Of a stretch of DNA of 64,000 nt, positions 15,301 through 27,300 are shown piece after piece. The position numbers were made by a program, and so were the translations under genes. Origin of the DNA: Mustelus asterias (Eukaryota). Each line of letters begins with the position of its first letter. Within the stretch, counting starts at the first letter, position 1. Under the pieces are notes generated by a model. It was given only the letters and a program-made list of their open reading frames with translations, was not told the origin of the DNA and ran no database searches. The stretch is from assembly GCF_964213995.1 (NCBI RefSeq), contig NC_135808.1, forward strand, positions 14,384,001-14,448,000. The letters run 5' to 3'.

Positions 15301-18300
15301 TTTATTTGGTAGCAAAAGCCACACAAGCTTTCGGAGCTCGAAGCCCCTTCTTCAGGTCCACTCAGCTGAAGAAGGGGCTTGGAGCTCCGAAAGCTTGTGT
15401 GGCTTTTGCTACCAAATAAACCTGTTGGACTTTAACTTGGTGTTGTTAAACTTCTTACTCTGTTTACCCCAGTCCAATTCCGGCATCTCCACATCATGAT
15501 TGCCCAAAGGAGGCAGAGAGTGGGTATAGATGGGTCTTTTTCTAAATGGATGTCGGTCACCAGGGGTGTGCCCCAGGGATCTGTTCTGGGACCCTTGCTG
15601 TTTGTCATTTTCATAAATGACCTGGATGAGGAAGCGGAGGGATGGGTTGGTAAGTGTGCCGACGACACGAAGGTTGGTGGCGTTGTGGATAGTCTGGAGG
15701 GATGTCAGGAGTTACAGAGGGACATAGATAGGATGCAAGACTGGGCGGACAAGTGGCAGATGGACTTCAACCCAGCTAAATGCGTCGTGGTCCATTTTGG
15801 TAGGACAAATGGGATGAAGGAATACAATATAAAGGGAAAGACTCTTAGTACGGTAGAGGATCAGAAGGACCTTGGGGTCCGGGTCCATAGGACTCTGAAA
15901 TCGGCCGCGCAGGTGGAGGAGGTGGTTAAGAAGGTGTATGTTGTGCTGCCATTTATAAATCGAGGGATTGAGTTTAGGAGTCCGGGGATAATGATGCAGC
16001 TATATAAGACCCTCTTCAGACCCCACTTGGAGTACTGTGCTCAGTTCTGGTCGCCTCACTATAGGAAGGATGTGGAAAAGATTGGAAGGGTGTAGAGGAT
16101 ATTTACAAGGATGTTGCCTGGATTGAGTGGCATGCCTTATGAGGATAGGCTGAGGGAGCTCGGTCTTTTCTCCTTGGAGAGACGAAGGATGAGAGGAGAC
16201 CTAATAGAGGTGTATAAGATGTTGAGTGGCATAGATCGGGTGGACTCTCAGAGGCTTTTTCCCAGGGTGCAAATGCCTGCTACGAGAGGACACAGGTTTA
16301 AGGTGCTAGGGGGTAGGTACAGGGGAGATGTTAGGGGTACGTTTTTCACTCAGAGGGTGGTGGGCGAGTGGAATCGGCTGCCGTCAGTTGTGGTGGAGGC
16401 GAACTCAATAGGGTCTTTTAAGAGACTCCTGGATGAGTACATGGAGCTTAATAGGATGGAGGGTTATAGGTAGGTCTAGAAGGTAGGGATGTGTTCGGCA
16501 CAACTTATGGGCCGAAGGGCCTGTTTGTGCTGTAGTTTTTCTATGTTCTATGTTCTGTGTTACTGGGCTATTCTGTGATGGACAGGCAACAAGTGAAAAC
16601 CGAAGTGGACACCAGAAAAGCAATTGCGTTGATATGAAAATGTCTTTACCAAGAGAAAACGTGACATATTGCCTTAAAGCCCTAAAATATTTTAGCAAAA
16701 CCTACATTGAGGAGGCGGTCGCATTGTGGGACCATATTGATGTAAATGTGCACCAAATGATCAGGCTGCAGACTTTTCCCTGCACATAATTTAAGGTAAC
16801 TGTCCAGCCCTAATGAGGAGAACCTGCTGGAGAGAATTATGCTAAACTGGGACAAGGTAAATCTCGTGTCAGTGTCCGAAGCAAGTCTGCTGAAGATTTG
16901 AAAGAAATGTGCCATTTTTTTAAATGAGAACTAGGATGCATAAGAAAAATATGAGTCAAGATAAAAATTGAGGAAGAACGTCATACAAGATGCGTAAAGG
17001 CTCAGCGAGTGCCATAGGCCATCAGGCCGAAGGTCGAGGCTGCTCAATGCATGGGTCATGAGCCACATTAATGGCACAGTGACGAAGAAAAATGTTTCAG
17101 TAAGCACATGTGACAACTTTCCTGTCACTTACAATCGGAACTGTTTGTAGAACAGTACCCTCCGCCATTAATTGGTGATTTGTTTGCTGGCTTGGCTGGA
17201 CGCCAGCATTTCAGCAAAGCTGACCTCAGTCAAGCTTCACTCCAGGAAAATTTGGATCCAGATTTACAATAATATTTGACCATCGTGACGTACAAAGTAT
17301 GACTCGGATATGAAAGACTTCCATTTTGCATTATGTCTGTAGTTGTGTGGTTCCAACGTGATATGCATAGGTTAAACTCGAAGGAGACTAGACGGCATCC
17401 AGTTCTGCTTAGACAATATCTTGGTTACTGGAAAGAATGAAGATGAACAAATTCAAAACTTAGAGATTAGAAAATGGCAAAATGCCAGAATTCCGTTGGA
17501 CAGCTGGGGCAGAATATAGATGCAGAGGAACTGCAAAATTCGCCTTCAATCTTAAAAGCCATAACTGAGGCACCTCCATCTCAAAACGTCAATCAACTTC
17601 GTTCTTTCTTGGACCGACTGAGCGTTCTTGAAAGTTTGTCTCTGATCTTGCAACTAATCTCAAGCCTTTACGCAATATATTGCGTGAAAACAAGAAATGA
17701 AAATGGCTGAATCAGTGCGATTAAGTCTTTATACAAGCCAATAAGGTATCATTAAAGTGCGAAATACTGGCACACTTCGATCCGAAGTTACTCTTGCAAC
17801 TGGCTTGCAACGCATTACCTTATGGGATGGGGGCGGTGGATTTCACATAATGACCAACAGTGAAGAGAAGGCTTTGCATTAAGATCCTTGAAAAATGCTA
17901 GAATGAACTGTGCAGAGATTGAGAAGGAAGTTCTGGGAATCATTTTCTGGATTCAACTTTTTTTATATAGGGAGGAAAATGTTCTGAATTCCTGTTAGTT
18001 CGAAGTTGGAACAATGTCACTTTAAGAGTTAATTCACGTGTCGTGTCGAGACGTCATCGGTCATTTGCTCGGGCAAACACCTTTCGAATAAAGCTAGCAT
18101 TTCCTTGTCATTTTGTGCTCTGCAAGCCTATCCTTTAAACAGACCACAGCTTCCCATCCATGAAATAAGTAAAACAGACGTAACGTCATTCGAAACCTAG
18201 TTACTAGCTGGTACAAACTATGAATATTAATCATCATCCCGAGACGTCCTCTGTGCGGTTACATTTGTAAAGTCCCTTATTAGCGGAACTGAAATGTGTC

Positions 18301-21300
18301 TAATTTGTTTGACTAGTTTAGCGACGAATTTAATAAAGACTTCATTATTTCGTGACCATTGTTTTAAAACCATTCCTGTTTTAAATAACAAAATCACATT
18401 GACAATTAGTTACTCAACTAATATCTCCCGACTTCAATGCTTGCTTTTCGAAAATACAATTATCATGCTGACTCTCTTCCCCCTCATATCAGTTTCTTGC
18501 ACTCTCTCTCTGCCTTTTCTTCTGGAACGCCTCTGTCACTATTTCCAATGAGGTCGATAGTGTTCCCACCGCTCCCACTCTGTCTCTCTCCCACTCTCTT
18601 TTGGTCTCGAATGCGAACGCGAGCATTGCCGTTCAGATTCGTGAAGTGCAAGTCGTTGCCAGAAGGAACATTGTGCATGTTGCATAAAGGAAGAAAAATT
18701 CGACTGTTTCGGTTATTTTCCCATCAGTCATATCGGATTTTCTATCCTGGGGCGATTTATCATTTCAGGAATCGGATCAATAAAAGATGCAGTGAAAGAC
18801 ACGGGTGAGTAAACGGAAAAATGAATAATATATTTGATTGAATTGGGACAGCAATTAGAGGAGAAACAGCATGAATTGAATATCTGCCTTCATGGGCAGT
18901 TCAATTAATCAATGGTTTCCGAATATGACAACTTCCGTTTGTACTTGGTCTGCTTAACATGTTCCAAAACCCCAAGCACAGGTCAACGAATATCCATTTC
19001 AGGAAGATGCCATCATAAGAACAGGACATGACGCTCGACTCATCGATCGACATTTCCGACACGCCACAGCGAAAAACCGCACCAACCTCCTCAGAAGACA
19101 AACATGGGGCACGGTGGACAGAGTACCCTTCGTCGTCCAGTGCTTCCCCGGAGCAGAAAAGCTACGACATCTCCTCCGGAGTCTTCAACATGTCATTGAT
19201 GAAGACGAACATCTCGCCAAGGCCATCCCCACACCCCCACTTCTTGCCTTCAAACAACCGCACAACCTCAAACAGACCATCGTCCACACCAAACAATCCA
19301 GCCTTCAGGAGAACAGTGACCACGACACCACACAACCCTACCACAGCAACCTCTGCAAGATGTGCCGGATGATCGACACGGATGCCATCATCTTACATGA
19401 GAACACCATCCACCAGGTACACGGTACATACTCTTGCAACTCGGCCAACTTTGTCTACCTGATATGCTGCAGGAAATGATGTCCCGAGGCATGGTACATT
19501 GGAGAAACCATGCAGACGCTACGACAACGGATGAATGAACACCACTCGACAATCACCAGGAAAGACTGTTCTCTTCCTGTTGGGGAGCACTTCAGTGGTC
19601 ACGGGCATTCGGCCTCTGGTATTCGGGTAAGTGTTCTCCAAGGCCGCCTTCACGACGCACGACAGCGCAGAGTCACTGAGCAAAAACTGATAGCCACGTT
19701 CCGCACACATGAGGACGGCCTCAACCGGGATCTTGGGTTCATGTCACACTATCAGTAACCCCCACAGCTTGCCTGGACTTTCAAAATCTCACTAGCTGTC
19801 CTGTCTGTAGACAATACACATCTCTTTAACCTGCGCTTAATGCTCTCTCCACTCGCATTGTCTGTACCTTTAAGACTTGATTAGCTTGATTAGCATTCCA
19901 ATCATTATTCTGTAAATTGAGTTTGTGTCTCTGTATGTCCTGTTTGTGAGCTCATCTCCCGCTCCACCTGATGAAGGAGCAGCACGCTTCGAAAGCTAGT
20001 GGCGTTTGCTATCAAATAAACCTGTTGGACTTTAACCTGGTGTTTTTCGACTTCTTACGGTTTACTTACATCACAGGGACTGCAGCCGTTCATGAATACG
20101 GATTATCAAGGCCTTCTCAAGGGCAGTTAAGAATTGCTAATGAATGTGTGCCATCCAACGACGCCCACATCCCCAGAATTAAGGAAGGAATCCGATGCTC
20201 AACCATGATCGACTTCGAATTTACAATAACGTATTGGAAATATGTTGGAGGAAATAATACAAACATACAATCACCTACTAATGGCCATCTTCATGTCAAA
20301 TATATATTCATTGGTAACAGACTAACTTATTTGCTTCTGGCTTAAGCAAAGTTGTACTCGTGACAACCACTATATTGTTTCTTCACAGAGGATGTTTCAT
20401 CTTCGGACACCTTGCTTTCAAAACTGTAATGTAATGCTCAGTGTTCTGTTGATTTCTTTACTCAAACCATGTAATTAGGGACTGATTTGATATTACCAAT
20501 CATTCCGAATCTTTCATCGGTAGATTCAAACTTGCGACCTAATATTACCATGCTGATTTAGCAGTCGAGCAGATCAGTTGGTTGGTCTGTTAAGTTGACA
20601 CATTTCCACAATAGAAAATTTTCAACCTTATATTTTCAGAGTTTCCAACGTATGTTTCCATTCATATCCAGACATATCATGTAGAACACATTGTTTTGTT
20701 TGACTAATGGATGCATTTCGATAGTTTCTTTCAAAAAATAAATAAAAGCGGGCTTAGAAACGTAGCCTTCCTTTGGAACCCCGACAATCACCGTTCCCCC
20801 TTACCGTAATGATTAGAGCCCTTTTCATGGAAGTATCTTTACTACATTCTTCCCTTAAACACTACACCGATATATTCAGCAACCAGCACTCTTCCAAGTT
20901 TCTCCAGACGTGCTAAAAATATTCATCAAGCACTTAATTGTATACGTTTGATATCACACCGATTTTCTTGCCATTTCTATCAGCTAAATTAGCAGACTGC
21001 TCCAGCACCATCCCTGGAAATTTCCTTCTAAAAGCTCCCCATAATTTTCTTGTCCAAAAAATAAACCGAAAATTACTGTGCAGGCAAAACTGAAGATTAC
21101 TGTACAGACAAAACTGAAAATTAGTGCGGAGACGTTACCCACTTCAAGATAATATGTGTATAAACCCACACCAGAACTATTACAAACTTAAATATGTGTG
21201 CAACAAGATATTTGTTGAAATGTGGTTAGTTTAACTCGTTTAGCCAGGAATTCAAGAGAGAACTTGATACTTTCATGACCATTGTATTTAAACGCGTCCT

Positions 21301-24300
21301 TTTTTAAAATAACAAAATCATATTCACAGCTAGTTACTAACCTAATATCAGCCTACTTCACAACTTGCTTTTCAAAAATATTTTTCGACTCTGTTCCCTC
21401 TGACATCTGTTTCTTGTTCTCTCTCTTTCGCTGCGTTTCCTTCTGCAGCGCCTCTGCTAATGTCTCCAATGACGTCGGTGATGTTGTAAGAAGTTTAACA
21501 CCAGGTTAAAGTCCAACAGGTTTATTTGGTAGCAAAAGCCACACAAGCTTTCGAGGCTCTAAGCCCCTTCTTCAGGTGAGTGGGAATTCTGTTCACAAAC
21601 AGAACTTATAAAGACACAGACGCAATTTACATGAATAATGGTTGGAATGCGAATACTTACAACTAATCCAGTCTTTAAGAAACAAAACAATGGGAGTGGA
21701 GAGAGCATCAAGACAGGCTAAAAAGATGTGTATTGTCTCCAGACAAGACAGCCAGTGAAACTCTGCAGGTCCACGCAACTGTGGGAGTTACAAATAGTGT
21801 GACATGAACCCAATATCCCGGTTGAGGCCGTCCTTGTGTGTGCGGAACTTGGCTATCAGTTTCTGCTCAGCGACTCTGCGCTGTCGTGTGTCGCGAAGGC
21901 CGCCTTGGAGAACGCTTACCCGAATATCAGAGGCCGAATGCCCGTGACCGCTGAAGTGCTCCCCAACAGGAAGAGAACAGTCTTGCCTGGTGATTGTCGA
22001 GCGGTGTTCATTCATCCATTGTCGCAACGTCTGCATAATTTCCCCAATGTACCATGCCTCGGGACATCCTTTCTTGCAGCGTATCAGGTAGACAACGTTG
22101 GCCGAGTTGCAAGAGTATGTACCGTGTACCTGGTGGATGGTGTTCTCACGTGAGATGATGGCATCTGTGTCGATGATCCGGCACGTCTTGCAGAGGTTGC
22201 TGTGGCAGGGTTGTGTGGTGTCTTGGTCACTGTTCTCCTGAAGGCTGGGTAGTTTGCTGCGGACAATGGTCTGTTTGAGGTTGTGCGGTTGTTTGAAGGC
22301 AAGAAGTGGGGGTGTGGGGATGGCCTTGGCGAGATGTTCGTCTTCATCAATGACATGTTGAAGGCTCCGGAGGAGATGCCGTAGCTTCTCCGCTCCGGGG
22401 AAGTACTGGACAACGAAGGGTACTCTGTCCACTGTGTCCCGTGTTTGTCTTCTGAGGAGGTCGGTGCGGTTTTTCGCTGTGGCGCGTTGGAACTGTTGAT
22501 CAATGAGTCTAGCGCCATATCCTGTTCTTATGAGGGCATCTTTCAGCGTCTGGAGGTGTCTGTTGCGATCCTCCTCATCCGAGTAGATCCTGTGTATTCG
22601 GAGGGCTTGTCCGTAGGGGATGGCTTCTTTAACGTGTTTAGGGTGGAAGCTGGAGAAGTGGAGCATCGTGAGGTTATCCGTGGGCTTGAGTACCCTTCGT
22701 TGTCCAGTACTTCCCCGGAGCGGAGAAGCTACGGCATCTCCTCCGGAGCCTTCAACATGTCATTGATGAAGACGAACATCTCGCCAAGGCCATCCCCACA
22801 CCGCCACTTCTTGCCTTCAAACAACCGCACAACCTCAAACAGACCATTGTCCGCAGCAAACTACCCAGCCTTCAGGAGAACAGTGACCAAGACACCACAC
22901 AACCCTGCCACAGCAACCTCTGCAAGACGTGCCGGATCATCGACACAGATGCCATCATCTCACGTGAGAACACCATCCACCAGGTACACGGTACATACTC
23001 TTGCAACTCGGCCAACGTTGTCTACCTGATACGCTGCAAGAAAGGATGTCCCGAGGCATGGTACATTGGGGAAATTATGCAGACGTTGCGACAATGGATG
23101 AATGAACACCGCTCGACAATCACCAGGCAAGACTGTTCTCTTCCTGTTGGGGAGCACTTCAGCGGTCACGGGCATTCGGCCTCTGATATTCGGGTAAGCG
23201 TTCTCCAAGGCGGCCTTCGCGACACACGACAGCGCAGAGTCGCTGAGCAGAAACTGATAGCCAAGTTCCGCACACACAAGGACGGCCTCAACCGGGATAT
23301 TGGGTTCATGTCACACTATTTGTAACTCCCACAGTTGCGTGGACCTGCAGAGTTTCACTGGCTGTCTTGTCTGGAGACAATACACATCTTTTTAGCCTGT
23401 CTTGATGCTCTCTCCACTCCCATTGTTTTGTTTCTTAAAGACTGGATTAGTTGTAAGTATTCGCATTCCAACCATTATTCATGTAAATTGCGTCTGTGTC
23501 TTTATAAGTTCTGTTTGTGAACAGAATTCCCACTCACCTGAAGAAGGGGCTTAGAGCCTCGAAAGCTTGTGTGGCTTTTGCTACCAAATAAACCTGTTGG
23601 ACTTTAACCTGGTGTTGTTAAACTTCTTACTGTGTTTACCCCAGTCCAACGCCGGCATCTCCACATCATGTCGGTGATGTTCCCATAGCTCCCACTCTGC
23701 GTCGCTCTCACTCTCTTCTGTTCTCGAACGCGAATGCGTGTATTTCCGATCAGGTATCTGAAGTGTCAGTTGTTGCTACAATGAACATTATCCATGTTTC
23801 TTAAAGGAAGAAAACAAAGCGATTATTTCAGTTTTTCCTGCCAGTCATATCGAATTTCCCACCCTGAGACGTTTTATCATTTCAGAATTAGGATAATTTA
23901 AAAAAAACAGTAAAATATATGGGTGAGCAAAAGGAAAACTGAATAATAAATTTGAATAAAATGGGACAGGAAATAGTGGAAAACTGCAGGAATGAAATAT
24001 GTACTGTTGTAGGTAAAAATAGCTCTGAGTCTATTCGTCGGTCAAAATACAGTGGTTTATTTGCACAATTGTGGGAGACCATCCGATGCCCAACATGGCC
24101 TCAGACTTCACAGCAAATACAGGTTAAAAACATATATTTATACCCCCCCTGTCACGTTCAGTTTCCCAGGCCGCACAGGTTCCCAGGCTGTGGCTTATCT
24201 TCCATCGTGTGAACGTTGCTGCCTTGGCGGTTTCTTCACGGTTGCCTCAAGGCCGTGACTGTTATTCTCTGAACACAGGTGGGATATCTTACAAATGTAC

Positions 24301-27300
24301 AAGGTTACAGTCTCGTACAAACAAGTTAACTGGCATACAACAATTTATATATGTTCGTAGGTACTTGTATAATGTATATCGGTGCAGGTTATGCTGAATA
24401 TATATATGAATGTATCATTATACAATCACAGAAGGCCTACATGTAGGCTTCTACTGTTACACAGCGGTACATGTTAAAGAATACAAAATGGTGGGGTTCG
24501 CCACATTCCGGAACAGATTAGCCGGTCACAACATATTCTTCTATATCACAGCTGCTACCCTTATTTGTTCTAGGATACATGAGCATGAAAATACCCTAAC
24601 GTAAACATGAGTTCTACAGTGTTTCTCACACAATCTCTAAATAGCACAGAATTCACTTCGACACTTTGAGTATTAGAATTCATTAACCCATTCCCGTCTT
24701 CAGTACCTTCAGAGGAAATTGTCCCCAAATATAACAACTTCCATTTATACTTGGTCTGCTTAAGAAGTTCCAAAAGCTCCAGATACAGGTCAACAAATAC
24801 CTATTTAAGTAAGATTTCCATTTTCTTTATTGTACTCTCGAGACAATAGATTTCTAACGAAATGGTAATATAGCAATACAGAAAGTGAATTGCATATTTT
24901 TACGAAACACATAAACATTCTGCCAATTAGAAGAGCTGCATTATAATCACTGCTGTGCTCTATTCAAAACATGATTTCAATTAGGTTTTTTGACACTCAC
25001 ATGCAGACTGGAGATAGAGGATTCACCGTCGCGACTTATTTTTACCGTTTTAGGAACAGCAAGGCAGCTGGAAGAAAAGTCCAAAGGTACGCAGAAGTGA
25101 ATTTATATTCCACAGAATGATATCACTTATTAACATTGTAATATTATTTCAAAATATTTAACAGAAATGGATATTTGTCCTTTTCCTGATACCCACCTTC
25201 TGTGGGGCAATAATGAATTATCATTTTTGTATGTTTGCTTCCAATATACGATCGGTGGAGTGACCTTTTTTGGTTAATCTCTTAATTAATATCTTCCTGT
25301 AACTTCAGATATTCTACACTATTAACTGTTCCGCCAATCTTGGTGTATAAAATCAGTGAACCTTGNNNNNNNNNNNNNNNNNNNNNNNNNNNNNNNNNNN
25401 NNNNNNNNNNNNNNNNNNNNNNNNNNNNNNNNNNNNNNNNNNNNNNNNNNNNNNNNNNNNNNNNNNNNNNNNNNNNNNNNNNNNNNNNNNNNNTTTCTTT
25501 CTATCTGTCCACCTGTCTATTTATCTGACTGCCTTTCTATCTGTCTATCTGTCTGACTATCCAGCTGTATATTCAACTGTCTATTTCTCTGTTGAAATTT
25601 CGCTCAATGCAACTGTTGCTGCTTCTAGCTGATGACCTTGTCACCAGAAAGGAAAAACAACTTCCAAACATGAATGATAAAATGCAAGTACATTGTTCAG
25701 CAAATGGAAAACCGAATTGAGAAAAATGATCCGTGGCTTACATTAATTACGTGAAACAGGATGAGATTGGTGACGAGCTGTCACTGGACATCGTGAAAAT
25801 TGCAGGTGCAACACACCGTTACTGGTTATGGACAGACAACTAGTTAAAATCGAAGTGGGCACCAGAACAGCAATTTCGTTGGTAGGAGAAAGTGTTCTCC
25901 AAGAGAAACCATGACATATGCCATTAAAAGCCTAAAATATAATAGGAAAACCTACACTGGGGAAGCAGTTGCATTGAGGGGCCATATTGATGTAAATGTG
26001 CACCAAATGATCGGACTGCACACTTTCCCCTGCACATAATTAAAGTTAACTATCCAGCCCTATTGAGGAGAACATGCTAGAGAGAATCATGCTAAACTGG
26101 GACAAAGTGAATGTCCTGTCAGTATCTGAAGCAGGTCTATGGAAGATTTGAAAGAAACATGCTATTGTTTTTAATGGGAACTGCGAAGCATCAGTCAGAC
26201 ATCAGTCAAGATAACGATTAAGGAAGAACGTCATGCAAGATGCGTAAAGGGTAGGTTAATGCCATTGGACAACAGATCTAAGATCAAGGCTGCTCAATGC
26301 ATGGGTCGTGTGTTTGAGCCATGATAATGATACCCGTGATGAAGAAAAATGTTTCAGTCAGCATATGAGGCAACTTTGAAGTTACCAAAAATTCGGTACG
26401 GTTTGTAGAGCAGTACCCTCTGCCATTAATTGGTGATTTGTTTGCTGACTTGGCTGGACGCCAGCATTTCAGCAAAACTGAACTTAGCCAAGCTGAACTC
26501 CAGAGAAATATGAATCCAGATTCACAATAATGTTGATCGTCGTGACTGTCGTGACTATTCGGATATGAAAGACTTCCATTTTGCATAATGTCTGTAATTG
26601 AGTGGTTCCAACGTGCCATCCATGGGTCAAACTCGAAGCAGACGAGAAGGCGCCAAGTTCTCCTTAGGCGATATCTAAGTTTCATGGCCATTGTTTTTTC
26701 ACTCGTCTTTTTTTAAAATAACAAATTTCATATTCAGTATTAATTAATATCACCCTACTTCACAACTTGCTTTTCAAAAATACAAAGTCATTTCGACTCT
26801 CTTCCCCCTGACACCTGTTTCTTGCTCACTCTGCGTTTTCTTCTGCAACGCATCTGCTAATGTCGCCAATGAGGTCGGTGATGTTCCCATCGCTCCCTCT
26901 CTGTCTCTGTCTGTCTCTCACTCTATCGCTCTTTTGTGTTCCCGACAGCGAATGCGTGTATTTCCGATCAGGTATCTGAAGTGCAAGTTGTTGCTACAGT
27001 GAACCCAACGTATGTTGCTTAAAGGAAGAAAAAATCGATTGTTTCAGATTTTCCTACCAGTCATATCGAAGGTCCCACCCTGAGACGTTTTATCATTTCA
27101 GAATTCGGATCATTAAAAGAAGCAGTGAAAGATATGGGTGAGTAAACAAAAAACTGAACAATGAATTTGAATAAATGGGACAGGGAATAGAGGAAAATCA
27201 GCAAGAATGGAATATGTACATTCATAGGGAATGGTCTCCAAATATAACAACTTCCGTTTGTACTTGGTCTGCTTAAGAAATTCCAAAAGCTCCAGACATA

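Larger units (their letters stand above)
15010..17960 (+). mobile_element. Second copy of the Gypsy pol remnant, interrupted by CR1 and Penelope
   Basis: Colinear with 2000-3610; split at acc|gttactgggc (15223/16559). Confidence 0.85.
21486..23669. mobile_element. Penelope-like retroelement insertion with inverted-repeat structure
   Basis: Minus arm 21486-22687 (ORF 21788-22666, VVYLIRC..WYIGE GIY-YIG) and plus arm 22688-23669. 12-bp TSD GTCGGTGATGTT at 21474-21485 and 23670-23681. Confidence 0.96.

Noticed and set aside
21070-21125. Short ~24-bp tandem duplication
   Set aside because: About two copies only; ordinary slippage, with no spacer structure and not CRISPR-like.
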